64,000 nucleotides of DNA from a virus (Duplodnaviria > Caudoviricetes): positions 32,001 to 96,000 of the IMG/VR virus record IMGVR_UViG_3300002220_000189. One strand, given 5' to 3'. Numbering within the stretch: the first letter of the stretch is position 1; each line of letters opens with the position of its first letter. A program made the position numbers and the translations under genes. The notes beneath the pieces were generated by a model. It was not told the origin of the DNA. It saw only the letters and a list, made by a program, of their open reading frames with translations, and did not search any database. Shown here piece by piece: positions 47,285 to 57,815 of this stretch.

Positions 47285-48334
47285 CTATATTTTATATGTT
47301 AATATTCTATCGGGATCAAATACATCATCATATAATGGCATATATTCTGTAACAGAAACCCTCAATTCACAATATGTTGGTAGCCCATTTACCCAAGGAC
47401 CTTTAAAAACAGGATTAATTTGTTTTATAATAGCATTTTTCATAAGAAGAAAATCTCCTGGATCAGAATATATTTTAAAAAGATATGGTGGTTCAATTTT
47501 TGTATTTGCCATTGTTGTTTCACTATCTCCTTTATATTTTGACGGAGATGATAAAAATTGTAAAAATCTTACAGGTTCAACAACATCGGCATATCTATCT
47601 TCATATGCAAATAGATGAAATATAAATTCATATGATCTTCTTTCCGATGATTTATATGTTAATGGTGTATCTACTCTAGTAAATGGAACTTTACCTCCAC
47701 CAGTAGACTGTAATTCACCCGCAATTTGTTTAACTTTTCCAAAAAGATCCTTTCCTAAAGTACCTTTTTGTAATGATTCCATATAACCTTTAAAAGTTTC
47801 TTTACTCATACCATGTTTTTTTAATACATCACCTAAACCTTGAATTTGTTCCCACCATGATCCACCTAGTCTTGCATACATTTCTGCTGCTTTTGATGAT
47901 ATGGATTCATACGATGCCCATTCATGAGATAATGATTCCATAATATCTCTTGGCATAAGAAAGAAAAAGGTATAATTAATTTCCTGATTTGCTTGTACAG
48001 GACCTTGAGAAGCATCAGCATATATAGTACCTATTTTTATACCATCAAAAACCAAATATGTTAAAGTGTTAATATCATCTATTTCTCTAGCAACCACATA
48101 ACTTGGTGGTGGACACCAAAATGTAATATTTTGTCTTTTTGTTGAAGATTTTTGAATATCAGGCGGTGTAGGAGTTTTTTTATCTTCAGTAGTCTTTTTT
48201 ACCATTGGTACTTTAGATTTAGCCTTTTTAGATGTAACTACTGATTTAGTTGCTGAACTCACAACTCCTTCTGGCTTTTTCTTGAGATCACTGTCTTGTA
48301 TCTTACTTGCATCAACTAAACCCATTATTCCCAT
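47285..48334 (-). CDS. Baseplate tail-tube initiator (gp48-like)
   Basis: YKSSERRSYEFIF, PPYLFKI, NGLP...VTEY. Confidence 0.6.
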   Translation of the reverse strand: MGIMGLVDASKIQDSDLKKKPEGVVSSATKSVVTSKKAKSKVPMVKKTTEDKKTPTPPDIQKSSTKRQNITFWCPPPSYVVAREIDDINTLTYLVFDGIKIGTIYADASQGPVQANQEINYTFFFLMPRDIMESLSHEWASYESISSKAAEMYARLGGSWWEQIQGLGDVLKKHGMSKETFKGYMESLQKGTLGKDLFGKVKQIAGELQSTGGGKVPFTRVDTPLTYKSSERRSYEFIFHLFAYEDRYADVVEPVRFLQFLSSPSKYKGDSETTMANTKIEPPYLFKIYSDPGDFLLMKNAIIKQINPVFKGPWVNGLPTYCELRVSVTEYMPLYDDVFDPDRILTYKI

Positions 48335-48347
48335 AATCTAATTTCCT

Positions 48348-51300
48348 CTATATTGAATTTTGACATATAAGCCACATTAATGGTGAACTTCCTAATATTG
48401 ATGGTGATGGTTCTGGAATATTACTTTTTTGAGAAGAATCACTTCCACCACCAGCCATTGCAACATTACTATCTCCTCCAGATATCATTGCATTACTTGC
48501 TGCTTGTTGAATTTCTGGAGTTGGTACAGCATTTTCCATTGCTAATGATTTATCTGCTGATCTTATTGCTTCAGGTGCACCAGAAGTACTCAATATCGGC
48601 GGTGTAGTTTTAGCTTCACTTGGTGTAATTTTAACAGAATCCATTGGACTTATACCCATCATTCCAAACATATCTTTTACTGGAGAAGGAATAGTATCAC
48701 CGCCTGTACTCAATATATCTGAAAACATATTATTTACATCTTTACGAAGATCTTCGCCTTTATTTTTTTTCATATTATCTTTTAATGTCTTCATAGCATC
48801 TTTTGAATTAGATATTACATTCAATATATTACCTTTTACCTTTCCACCCATAACATTAGGTGCTACTTTAGAAATAGAGCCAAATATATCAGATATCGGA
48901 TCACCTGTTTGTGCTGGTGTAGGTGTAGTAGATCCTAAACCTGCAGAACTTAACATTGACATCATAGCACCAGAAGCTAAAACACCTAAAAGTTCATCGA
49001 CAATAGGGGGCATTGCACCAACACCACCTAATAATCCAGCACCTGCTCCCATCAACCCTAACATACTTCCAAAACCAGATTCTGCTCCTGTACCCGATGG
49101 TATACCAGTACCTTTCCATGCCAAAGTTCCCATCATTCCTGAATTTTTAGTAACTTTATCAATATAATCTGGATTTATTCCTATTTTACCCGCACCTGCA
49201 TTATATGCCGAAATTGCTTTATTCATATCACCGTTTACTCGTTTATCTTTAAGTAAACTAGCTAAATATGCTGTTCCGGCCATTACATTTTGTTCTGGAT
49301 TGAAATAATCTTGCACGCCATATTGTGTTTTCCACATATCATCATATTTTGAATTGAGTTGCATCAAACCGAAACTATTCTCTGGTGGTTTACTTCTAGC
49401 CAATGCATTAAAGTTACTTTCAGTTTGTATAATTCCTCTTATAATACTTTCTGGAACACCATATTTTGCACTTGCTTTTGCAATTATTGCATTTATATCA
49501 TAATCCTTTGACATAGAAACTGGTGACATTTGTATATGAACAGGATCTTTTACAGGATATGGTCTATAAAATCCAAACTTAGCTAGCTTATCATCTTTCT
49601 CTAATTTATTTGCTGTTGCTGCTGGAATATCTATAGCCATACCATAATTATGAAAAGATGTTCCGGGCTGTGCTACACCATATGGATATTTTGATGGATT
49701 TGCTTGTCTTTCAGCATACATTCTTGTTTGTTCTTCTATTGATCTGTATGCAGATGTTACAGGAATATTGCCTACACTATCACTCATCAATTTGAATCTT
49801 TGCATAAATGCTGGATTCATTCCAGAAAAATCGGGTTTATAACCTGGTGCCGGTCCGTAACCATCTCCAATTTCTCTTCTTCTTGCTTTTATTGGCGGAT
49901 CACCAGTTGCATATGCAGCATCATCTTTAAATACAGAAGTCGGATCTTTATATGTTTTATACATACCATAACCAACACCCGCGGCGACAGCAGCTGTCAT
50001 TGCTGCAACTCCAGCTGTTCCTAAAGTAAGGCTACCAGCAGTTTTTACTGCTCCCGGTATAATATCTTTTCCACCAGCTCCTGCTAATAATCTTTGTGCA
50101 GCAGTATTTAAAAGCATTGCAGAATTATCAAGTTTACTAAATATTGAATAAATATAAATAGCTTTAAGTGGAAAAAGTACTAATGAACTAAAAAAATCAA
50201 ATATTTTACCCATTACTGGTTGTAATAAATAAAATCCTGAAAATACTAGACCAATTTTTCCGATAAAATCTGATTCATTCCATGCTTTTGTAAAAACTTC
50301 CCACATCCATTTAGTTAAATCTATACTAGAATCAATTATTTTACCTGCAAGTGCTTTAAGAGAATTAACAATAAGAGTAAATCCCTCACCTTCAACACCA
50401 AAATACTCTTTAAACCATCCTATAAAGGGAGTGTAAATATAATCCACAAAAAAGTTTTTAAAACTATTCCATATTGACCTTATTTTTTCTCTAGTTTCTT
50501 CACTATGTTTACCAAGTGCCGCCCATGCAAAAGTTGCCCCACCAACTACAAAAGATATAGTTTTTAAAAGTTTAGATGTTTTTATAAAATTAAATGTTTT
50601 GGAAATTATTCCCTCACCATCATCATCACCACTTTTCTTTTTTATATATAATTTTTTTAATTGTTCTTTCCATGATCCTCCATATGGATCCCATGATTTT
50701 TTTAATAAAAATGGTGACATCAACGCCTTCATTTTTTCTACTGGTCTATCCTGTGATTCATAAATACCTTTTAAATATTTTAAATTAAATCTTCTTTCAA
50801 TAGCTTCCTTATATGGTGATATTTTTTTACCAAAATAAGTTTTAAATGTTGATTTTAATGTTTTTTTTCCTTCTGGATCAAAAGTTTTAATTACAGATTT
50901 TCTTTCTTTCCATTGAGTAGATAAACTTTTTACTATCTTTTTTAATAATCCTTCTTGTTTTTTTTCACTTATTACTAACTTTTCAGTTTTTTGCAAAATG
51001 CTTGTATTATCAATACCTTTTTTTATTTTAATATAAGGAGAAGATATAAGGGCACCAATACCTAACATTAATTTAGGAAATATTTTTAATAATGGCTCTA
51101 ATAACATTTTTCGTAAATAATCACCAGAACTTTTTAATACATTAACAAATGGTTCTACTTCTCTATATAAGTCTCCAAATAATTCTCCAAAAAATTTATT
51201 ATATACTCCTTTTAATGAATCAAATAACCTCTCTGTTTGATATTTAAATTGAGTTGATAATTTTGCAAAGAATAAACCAACATTTGATGATATAATTTTT

Positions 51301-51530
51301 TTAAATATTGGGCTTTTAGTTAAATCAGTTTTTTTCAATCCACTCATATAATTTTTATATTCTTTTAATCGCATTTGTTCTAAATCAGGCGTTTTAATTG
51401 TAGGTGTTTTGCCTGAAACTCTAGGCATAGATGTAGGATAATCCATGCTATTAACAGTTTTAGCTAAACTCTTTATAGCAAAAGTTAAATCTTTTACCAT
51501 ATCTCCAGTAATTGGTGCTGAAAACCCCAT
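48348..51530 (-). CDS. Tape-measure-like protein with M15 peptidase and lytic transglycosylase domains
   Basis: SAYRS...SFHNYGMAID...DPVH (M15); IQTESNFN...GLMQL...AYNAG (SLT). Confidence 0.8.
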   Translation of the reverse strand: MGFSAPITGDMVKDLTFAIKSLAKTVNSMDYPTSMPRVSGKTPTIKTPDLEQMRLKEYKNYMSGLKKTDLTKSPIFKKIISSNVGLFFAKLSTQFKYQTERLFDSLKGVYNKFFGELFGDLYREVEPFVNVLKSSGDYLRKMLLEPLLKIFPKLMLGIGALISSPYIKIKKGIDNTSILQKTEKLVISEKKQEGLLKKIVKSLSTQWKERKSVIKTFDPEGKKTLKSTFKTYFGKKISPYKEAIERRFNLKYLKGIYESQDRPVEKMKALMSPFLLKKSWDPYGGSWKEQLKKLYIKKKSGDDDGEGIISKTFNFIKTSKLLKTISFVVGGATFAWAALGKHSEETREKIRSIWNSFKNFFVDYIYTPFIGWFKEYFGVEGEGFTLIVNSLKALAGKIIDSSIDLTKWMWEVFTKAWNESDFIGKIGLVFSGFYLLQPVMGKIFDFFSSLVLFPLKAIYIYSIFSKLDNSAMLLNTAAQRLLAGAGGKDIIPGAVKTAGSLTLGTAGVAAMTAAVAAGVGYGMYKTYKDPTSVFKDDAAYATGDPPIKARRREIGDGYGPAPGYKPDFSGMNPAFMQRFKLMSDSVGNIPVTSAYRSIEEQTRMYAERQANPSKYPYGVAQPGTSFHNYGMAIDIPAATANKLEKDDKLAKFGFYRPYPVKDPVHIQMSPVSMSKDYDINAIIAKASAKYGVPESIIRGIIQTESNFNALARSKPPENSFGLMQLNSKYDDMWKTQYGVQDYFNPEQNVMAGTAYLASLLKDKRVNGDMNKAISAYNAGAGKIGINPDYIDKVTKNSGMMGTLAWKGTGIPSGTGAESGFGSMLGLMGAGAGLLGGVGAMPPIVDELLGVLASGAMMSMLSSAGLGSTTPTPAQTGDPISDIFGSISKVAPNVMGGKVKGNILNVISNSKDAMKTLKDNMKKNKGEDLRKDVNNMFSDILSTGGDTIPSPVKDMFGMMGISPMDSVKITPSEAKTTPPILSTSGAPEAIRSADKSLAMENAVPTPEIQQAASNAMISGGDSNVAMAGGGSDSSQKSNIPEPSPSILGSSPLMWLICQNSI

Positions 51531-51728
51531 TTATTTCCTCTGTGTTATATTTTTCTTCAATTTTTCATTTTCAACCTGAGTTCTCAAATCTCTTATTATC
51601 AAGTTCAAAAAAGCCTCTCTTTCAAAATCAGCAAGTTCATTACTTTCTTCAATACTTATATTAGCTTTTGTTGCTAAATAATATTGCTCCTCTGTTATGC
51701 TATGTAATGTATTACCAGAACACACCAC
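51531..51728 (-). CDS. Baseplate hub assembly protein (gp51-like)
   Basis: ISIEE..EL..FERE..LNL; follows the gp26-like gene. Confidence 0.55.
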   Translation of the reverse strand: MVCSGNTLHSITEEQYYLATKANISIEESNELADFEREAFLNLIIRDLRTQVENEKLKKNITQRK

Positions 51729-51733
51729 ATAGC

Positions 51734-52591
51734 TTAGGAGAAAAAATTTTCTAACGGAATTTCTTTTCTTTCTTTATGTTCACAGTGAGCACATACAACA
51801 TCAAATGAAAAATCAACACCAAAATCATTATCTTCAAACCATTTTGATATAATTTCAACACTTTTTGATGGAATATTTTCTATCAAATAAATTTTATCAT
51901 CTAAAGTTAAATCTGTTTCTTCACCATCTGGTGTTACTATAGATTTTACGGTAACTGCATATGATAATGTTGACTCTTCTATCATTTTTTGGTTTTCTGT
52001 TAAGTCTGGCAGTGTTGATAAGTACTCTTTATATTCTTTTTGTAATTCTCTTGTCAAATATGTTACCCTAATTGATAACTTATCATCAAGTTTTACGATA
52101 TTTCGATCAGATTCTTGTAAAACATCATTTTTTATTTCTTCGTTGTCATCAAGAATTAATTTTCCTCCCTTTTTCATTGGAATTACTTTAGATGTTTTCT
52201 TTTTCTCAACAGGTTTTGCTAATACTTCTTTTGGAAGCTTTTTAACTTCTAATTTAGATAAATTTACTGATTGTGCAGATTGTGATTCGCATTTACTACA
52301 TCTGGATTGAAAAGAATAAGTATTTCCCTTTGTAGCCTTTCTTATTTCTAATAGTAAATAAAATCTGTCTTGAAGATATAATTCACCAACATCAAAATCC
52401 TCATCAATAACACATTCTGAAATAATATTATCTAATGATTTTTCAATACTATCCATATCTTCAGATGTTTCATAAAGAAGTAATCTCTTTATCTGACCTG
52501 TTGTGATTGGTTTGAAAGTTACTAATTTTCCTGTTCCAGGTAATTCACTTTCAAATTCATAAAAATTTACATATTTCCTAAAATTTGACAT
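51734..52591 (-). CDS. Baseplate hub subunit (gp26-like)
   Basis: LPGTGKLVTFKP, D..YLLLEIR..TKG, two CxxC, PLENFF. Confidence 0.75.
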   Translation of the reverse strand: MSNFRKYVNFYEFESELPGTGKLVTFKPITTGQIKRLLLYETSEDMDSIEKSLDNIISECVIDEDFDVGELYLQDRFYLLLEIRKATKGNTYSFQSRCSKCESQSAQSVNLSKLEVKKLPKEVLAKPVEKKKTSKVIPMKKGGKLILDDNEEIKNDVLQESDRNIVKLDDKLSIRVTYLTRELQKEYKEYLSTLPDLTENQKMIEESTLSYAVTVKSIVTPDGEETDLTLDDKIYLIENIPSKSVEIISKWFEDNDFGVDFSFDVVCAHCEHKERKEIPLENFFS

Positions 52592-52609
52592 ATTTTTCCT
52601 CCAACTTTT

Positions 52610-53377
52610 TTATTTTTTTGTTTTTAATAAGTTCATTACTTCATTTGTAACAATATCAGTACCACCAGCTTGCATAAACCCACCTGCTGCCTGTTTCAAC
52701 ATTTCAACAATCACGCTTGGTTTATGTTCTGTCACAGTATGGTATTGATATGCAAATGTTACGTCAAATGTTGCGAACTCATTAGAACTGTAATCCAATG
52801 CCACTTGACCAATTTGTTTAGGCCATGCATTATATAATTTATAACAACTTATTTCTTCAGCAGTTTCCATTCCTATCAAATATAATAATTGATCTGACAT
52901 ATATGTTATTGGTTTTCCATAAGTATTAGTTTGTGGATTATGTATTATTTTTTGCCAGTCATTAAATTTCTTTAATATTTTAGCTTTATGATCTACATAA
53001 AATGTTACAGTCCATTCTGAAAATCTTTGTGTAGATGCTATTTTATATTCTTGACCACACCAAAACGATGATATTTCTTGTATAGTTGATTCTGGTAATT
53101 GTGTAGATTTAACATAATATCCAAAATCATTAGTTCCAGAACTTAATCCTACAAGATCAATACCAGAATTTGCTACTGCTAAACCGCCGGCAATACCTGC
53201 CGATGCAAGACTACCTAAATCTGTTGGTATATTGCCACCGGCCAATGCACCTTGTAAACCTGCTTGAGCAACATTACCAAATCCCGGAAATTGTATTTGA
53301 ATAAAAAATAAATACGCTCTTGCATTACCGCCGAGAAATTTTGATCTAAATGAATCTATATCTATATTAAATTTCAT
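52610..53377 (-). CDS. Tail tube-like protein (gp19/gp54 paralog)
   Basis: WTVTF...AWPKQIGQVALDYS...FDVTFAYQY. Confidence 0.8.
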   Translation of the reverse strand: MKFNIDIDSFRSKFLGGNARAYLFFIQIQFPGFGNVAQAGLQGALAGGNIPTDLGSLASAGIAGGLAVANSGIDLVGLSSGTNDFGYYVKSTQLPESTIQEISSFWCGQEYKIASTQRFSEWTVTFYVDHKAKILKKFNDWQKIIHNPQTNTYGKPITYMSDQLLYLIGMETAEEISCYKLYNAWPKQIGQVALDYSSNEFATFDVTFAYQYHTVTEHKPSVIVEMLKQAAGGFMQAGGTDIVTNEVMNLLKTKK

Positions 53378-53994
53378 TAAAACATCCCTGCAATTTTGTT
53401 AGTTGCCTGTTTTATCAAAGATTCTGTAACAGAATCTACTCTACTCACATCAAAATATTGATATGAAAAAGTAACTTCTAGTGTCGCTATTTCACTAGAA
53501 CCATAATCTAATGTTACTTGACTCATTGCCTTAGGCCATGCTCCAAATAATTTATATGTAAAAAAAGATGATCCCTGATAATCAACTAAATGAATTTGTT
53601 GATCCTTCATATAAACATCAGGTAAACTAGTCTCGCATATTTCCATCCAATTAAAAAATCTTTCTACTATTTCACCTTTTTCATCTATATTCATTGTTAC
53701 TGTCCAATCTCCATATGATGGATATCCTGCTGTCTTTAAATCAAATTTAGTATATGGTGTTACAACTTCATTCAATCCATATGATGGTAGTATTGTTGAT
53801 TTTACAAGATATGGAAATTTATCTTGTTCGGCACCTAGTCCAAATGTACTCAATACTGTTTGAGCAACAGAAAGCCATCCAGAAGATTCAGGTTTAGTAG
53901 GTTCTGGAAAAGTAAATAATACAAAGAAAAGATATTGTCTGGCACCGCCGAGAAATCTTGTTCTATAACTTTCAATATCAAAAAGTGTTTTCAT
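53377..53994 (-). CDS. Tail tube-like protein (gp19/gp54 paralog)
   Basis: WTVTM...GAWPK...LDY...VTFSYQY. Confidence 0.8.
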   Translation of the reverse strand: MKTLFDIESYRTRFLGGARQYLFFVLFTFPEPTKPESSGWLSVAQTVLSTFGLGAEQDKFPYLVKSTILPSYGLNEVVTPYTKFDLKTAGYPSYGDWTVTMNIDEKGEIVERFFNWMEICETSLPDVYMKDQQIHLVDYQGSSFFTYKLFGAWPKAMSQVTLDYGSSEIATLEVTFSYQYFDVSRVDSVTESLIKQATNKIAGMF

Positions 53995-54003
53995 TTTCTC
54001 CTC

Positions 54004-54049
54004 AAATAAAAAGGTCTAAAGAGATTTTTATTTTTCCCTTTAGACCTTT
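54004..54049 (-). terminator. Intrinsic terminator after the major tail tube gene
   Basis: 15-bp stem AAAGGUCUAAAGGGA/UCUCUUUAGACCUUU (one G-U pair on the minus strand) plus U-rich tail. Confidence 0.75.
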
Positions 54050-54093
54050 GAGATCCGTCTAGACTAACCATGAGCCTGAGTGGGTTATATAAC

Positions 54094-54101
54094 TATTTAT
54101 A
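54094..54101 (-). promoter_or_regulatory. T4-type late promoter
   Basis: Intergenic TATAAATA. Confidence 0.6.
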
Positions 54102-54118
54102 AAAAGTTATATAATTTT

Positions 54119-54664
54119 TTATGCAAATGTTGCTTGAACACCATATTTTGCTATATCAACTACATGATAAATATATGTAAATGTTACATCAAACTGAACA
54201 ACATCATTAGCAGAATAATCAAGATTAGCATTACCAACCATTTTTGGCCATGCGCCAAATAATTTATATTTAGTAATTGGTATACCTTCAAGATTTAGAA
54301 GTTCTATTTGTTGATCCATCATATATTTACTTGGAACTGTATATTTATTAGTTGTTGGATCATGAATTAAAGACGCCCAGTTATGAAACATTTGTTGTAT
54401 TTTTGCGTCAATGTCAACATTAAAAGTAACATTCCAATCAGAATATGTATATTTACCAGCAATTTTATAATCAAATCCCTGCCAATTCATCATAATTTCA
54501 TCTGATGATGTTTCAGGTAATGATGCCGTTCTTACCAAATATGTTGCTACTTCGGTATCAGCACCTATTACTCCCGTAGGAAATAATGGTTTAAAATAAA
54601 ACAAATACTGTCGAGCACCGCCCTGAAAATTACTTCTATAACTATCTATATCAAATTTTGGCAT
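54119..54664 (-). CDS. gp19: Major tail tube protein
   Basis: GGARQYLF, ASLP, IAG...DWNVTF, GAWP, FDVTFTY; directly after the sheath. Confidence 0.88.
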   Translation of the reverse strand: MPKFDIDSYRSNFQGGARQYLFYFKPLFPTGVIGADTEVATYLVRTASLPETSSDEIMMNWQGFDYKIAGKYTYSDWNVTFNVDIDAKIQQMFHNWASLIHDPTTNKYTVPSKYMMDQQIELLNLEGIPITKYKLFGAWPKMVGNANLDYSANDVVQFDVTFTYIYHVVDIAKYGVQATFA

Positions 54665-54691
54665 ATCTTTTAAAGCCTCCTATTTTATTAC

Positions 54692-56425
54692 TTATACTGC
54701 AGTTGCCAATTCTGTAAAGCTGGCACCTGTTTTTGTTGCTATGAAATTCAGAACGATAAATTCTGCAGCTCTTGTTGGTTTAATATAAATATCACACCAT
54801 AATTCATTTCTATCAATTCGTTCAGGTGTATTATTGGTTTCATTACATACTATCATATAATCATAGATACCTCTTCTTGATTTTACATCTCTCAAGAACG
54901 GATCAATCATGTTGATAAGTAATAATCTTGTCAAGTCGTCATTAGGTTCAAATAAGAAATATTTTGCAGCTGTTGAAATCGCCTTTTCAAGAACAATGAA
55001 TAATCTTCTAACATTAATTCTATTGAAAGCTGATTCTTTATCAAGTTGTGTTTTTTGGCCCCATACAACTTTTCCTTGTCCTGAAAATGATACAATAGGA
55101 TTAACTCCAGCCTTGTAAAGAACATCTCTTTCACCTAATGTTGGATTCCATGCTAATCTTCTAACATTACTTAATAATGCTCTGTTAAGACCTGCTGGCG
55201 CAAACCAAGGATCTGAAACATCATCTGTATTGACAAATACACCTGCCACATGACCAGATGCTGGAATCCATCTATATTTTCCATTCCATTTATCATATAC
55301 TTCAAGCCAATTACCATATAGTGCTGAATAACTTGAATTTAAATTCAGTGTTTCTCTTCTATAAGTTCTCAAATCAGTAGCTTCAGAGCCTCTATTATTT
55401 ATAACATCAGAATCTAAACAGTCTAGAACAGCTATACAATCTTTTCTTGTTTGGCAAATAGTATCAATATATTCCTTTACAGTTGTTGATTTATTTGAAT
55501 CTATAAAGATATTTATATCAATTTCTTCAGGATTTGCATATAAATCCAAATCTGTCATAACAAGAGCATCTGTTACAACATCTAAAGGATCTAAAGCATT
55601 ATAATCAGAACCACCGCCAAAATCCTGATATCCATCTGATGATATTACAATATCACTATTTTTAGCATCTTCACACATAGAAATTCTAATATATTGTGAT
55701 GTTTGATTAATTATTGTTTCACAAAATGTTCTTCTTCCTTGATCATCATATCTGTTTTCCATTGTAGAAACATTAAAATATTCTTTTACAGTATATGCTG
55801 TCTCTCCTTGGTCTTTAACAGATACAACTATAAGAAAATCCTTTGCATCAAGTAACGGACTATCTATAGCTTCAATATCAGTATGTGCTTGTCCGGTTCC
55901 ACAACCAGCACCACCTGATGCTATAGAATTATATGTATTATTATCTGCTACCGCTACTCTTATATTATTTCCCCATGCACCTCTTGATATTGCAATAAGA
56001 TAAAAAGGACTTGGTGATGCAACAGCAACTTCTGTTCCAAATTCATCAGGATCTTCACTATCAAAATCAGATAATTTATATGCATTATTAGTTGTAAATG
56101 CATCAAATATAGCATCAGAACCACTTGCAGCTTTTGTTCCTGCAAAAGTTGCTGATACTGGCATTGTTCTTGTACAATATAATGCATTTCCATATCTTAA
56201 AAATCCTGTAGCTGCAAGAACATCTTGATAACAATTTGCTATATTTGTTGGTTTTCCAAAAGTTCCAATAAGATTATTTGTATTTGTTATTAATACTTTC
56301 TTTCTTTCAGGTCCTTTATAAGTATTTCTTAATATAGAAACACCTATTGATGTAGCTACTGCTGGTATTGTTGTAGATAAATCAATTTCATTGACATCCA
56401 CTATAGGACTCATGTAAAAAGCCAT
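54692..56425 (-). CDS. gp18: Tail sheath protein
   Basis: SP.V.VNEIDL, FGKP, PWFAPAGLNR, VVWGQKT, RINVRRLF, IKPTRAAEFI. Confidence 0.96.
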   Translation of the reverse strand: MAFYMSPIVDVNEIDLSTTIPAVATSIGVSILRNTYKGPERKKVLITNTNNLIGTFGKPTNIANCYQDVLAATGFLRYGNALYCTRTMPVSATFAGTKAASGSDAIFDAFTTNNAYKLSDFDSEDPDEFGTEVAVASPSPFYLIAISRGAWGNNIRVAVADNNTYNSIASGGAGCGTGQAHTDIEAIDSPLLDAKDFLIVVSVKDQGETAYTVKEYFNVSTMENRYDDQGRRTFCETIINQTSQYIRISMCEDAKNSDIVISSDGYQDFGGGSDYNALDPLDVVTDALVMTDLDLYANPEEIDINIFIDSNKSTTVKEYIDTICQTRKDCIAVLDCLDSDVINNRGSEATDLRTYRRETLNLNSSYSALYGNWLEVYDKWNGKYRWIPASGHVAGVFVNTDDVSDPWFAPAGLNRALLSNVRRLAWNPTLGERDVLYKAGVNPIVSFSGQGKVVWGQKTQLDKESAFNRINVRRLFIVLEKAISTAAKYFLFEPNDDLTRLLLINMIDPFLRDVKSRRGIYDYMIVCNETNNTPERIDRNELWCDIYIKPTRAAEFIVLNFIATKTGASFTELATAV

Positions 56426-56486
56426 CGTCTATCTTCCTCCCTATAATCTTTCAAGATTATTTATGTTTATTTCAAACTTCTATATC

Positions 56487-56494
56487 TATTTATA
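56487..56494 (-). promoter_or_regulatory. T4-type late promoter for sheath/tube
   Basis: Intergenic TATAAATA. Confidence 0.75.
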
Positions 56495-56540
56495 AAAATA
56501 GTTATGAATTTTAAATTTATTTGTATTATTTATATTTTTA

Positions 56541-57035
56541 TTATAAAATTTCATATCTATCATAATATAATGTTGCATTACATTCTATATGACTTTCACC
56601 GTCTCTTACTGAAAGTGAAAGTTCTCCTAATGATTGTATCCATACATTTTTAAACATTATAACAACTTTTTCTACATTATAATTATCCATTAATTTTATT
56701 GACATATCGACCATATAATCTGCCGGTAATGAAGATGGTTTATCAAAATTATTACATACATATATTAACCATTTATATAATATATGCCAATTAGAAAAAT
56801 CAGAATCTACCATAAATGATACACTTAATGGATCAAAAGACATACCACCATTATGAAATAACATTTTCATTCCTTGCCATGTTGATTCTCCCTGATTTAG
56901 AGAAATTGCTGGTAAAACTACGCTAAATAAATTTAAGCGAACAACATCCACAGCATCTAATGTTGTTTCTGTTGGTAACATAGGAATTACTAGTTGATAT
57001 TGTGTCGCTGTCGCGCGATTTATATTTACTGGCAT
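56541..57035 (-). CDS. Tail tube terminator (gp3-like)
   Basis: LPAISL, FDPLSVSFMVD..F.NW..LYKW, SLGEL. Confidence 0.75.
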   Translation of the reverse strand: MPVNINRATATQYQLVIPMLPTETTLDAVDVVRLNLFSVVLPAISLNQGESTWQGMKMLFHNGGMSFDPLSVSFMVDSDFSNWHILYKWLIYVCNNFDKPSSLPADYMVDMSIKLMDNYNVEKVVIMFKNVWIQSLGELSLSVRDGESHIECNATLYYDRYEIL

Positions 57036-57038
57036 AGT

Positions 57039-57812
57039 TTAATTCTCAAAAATTTCATAATTATATAGTTTTATTGCATCCTCATCTATTTCACGACCTT
57101 CTAAATACATAGTCTCTGCTGCTGGACTATTAGAACCGGACGTTATTACAGACTCTGTATTTCTATCTGCCCATCCATAATCATTAGTGAAAAATCTTAT
57201 ATTTTGTGATCCTACTGCACCAAGTTCTGTAGATGGTGTAAATAAATACCCTTGACATATAAATGATGTATCCCATTTTACTACTCTTGCTTCTTCCTCA
57301 CTCGTATCATCAGTCATTACTGGTGAACAACTCTGTAGCACAACTTTTATTTCAAGATATACATCTAACTCAGGGATATGTATTTTTATAAACGCATGTG
57401 GTGTAAAATAAGGTAATATTTGTTCATATATCTGATCAATATCAACCATATGTAATGCCCATATAGTAAGGTTAAATCCAAAATTATATGGAACCATATT
57501 TTTTGCTAATGTTGATATCATTGTCTCATCATTAGTAGAAATCTTTATAGCTTGCTGTCTGTTAGTCATTCTATTAACATCAAAATCAATTCCTGACATA
57601 ATTACTGAGATCATTGGAAGCATTTCTTCATTTCTACCCAATTCTTTTAAAAACATATATGCTTTAGTTTTAGGTCCAAATCTTATAGGAACAACAACTT
57701 GTCTTAATAAAACACCGTTAATGTCATATCTTCCAATCTGAATATCATTGAAAATATCAAGAAATCCGATTATTGTTTTTCTAATTATCTTGTAATAATA
57801 ATATTGCCTCAT
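57039..57812 (-). CDS. gp15: Tail sheath stabiliser / completion protein
   Basis: IRKTIIGF..FNDI, VPIRFGPK, LPMIS, VPYN, QIYEQILPYFTP. Confidence 0.9.
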   Translation of the reverse strand: MRQYYYYKIIRKTIIGFLDIFNDIQIGRYDINGVLLRQVVVPIRFGPKTKAYMFLKELGRNEEMLPMISVIMSGIDFDVNRMTNRQQAIKISTNDETMISTLAKNMVPYNFGFNLTIWALHMVDIDQIYEQILPYFTPHAFIKIHIPELDVYLEIKVVLQSCSPVMTDDTSEEEARVVKWDTSFICQGYLFTPSTELGAVGSQNIRFFTNDYGWADRNTESVITSGSNSPAAETMYLEGREIDEDAIKLYNYEIFEN

Positions 57813-57815
57813 AAA

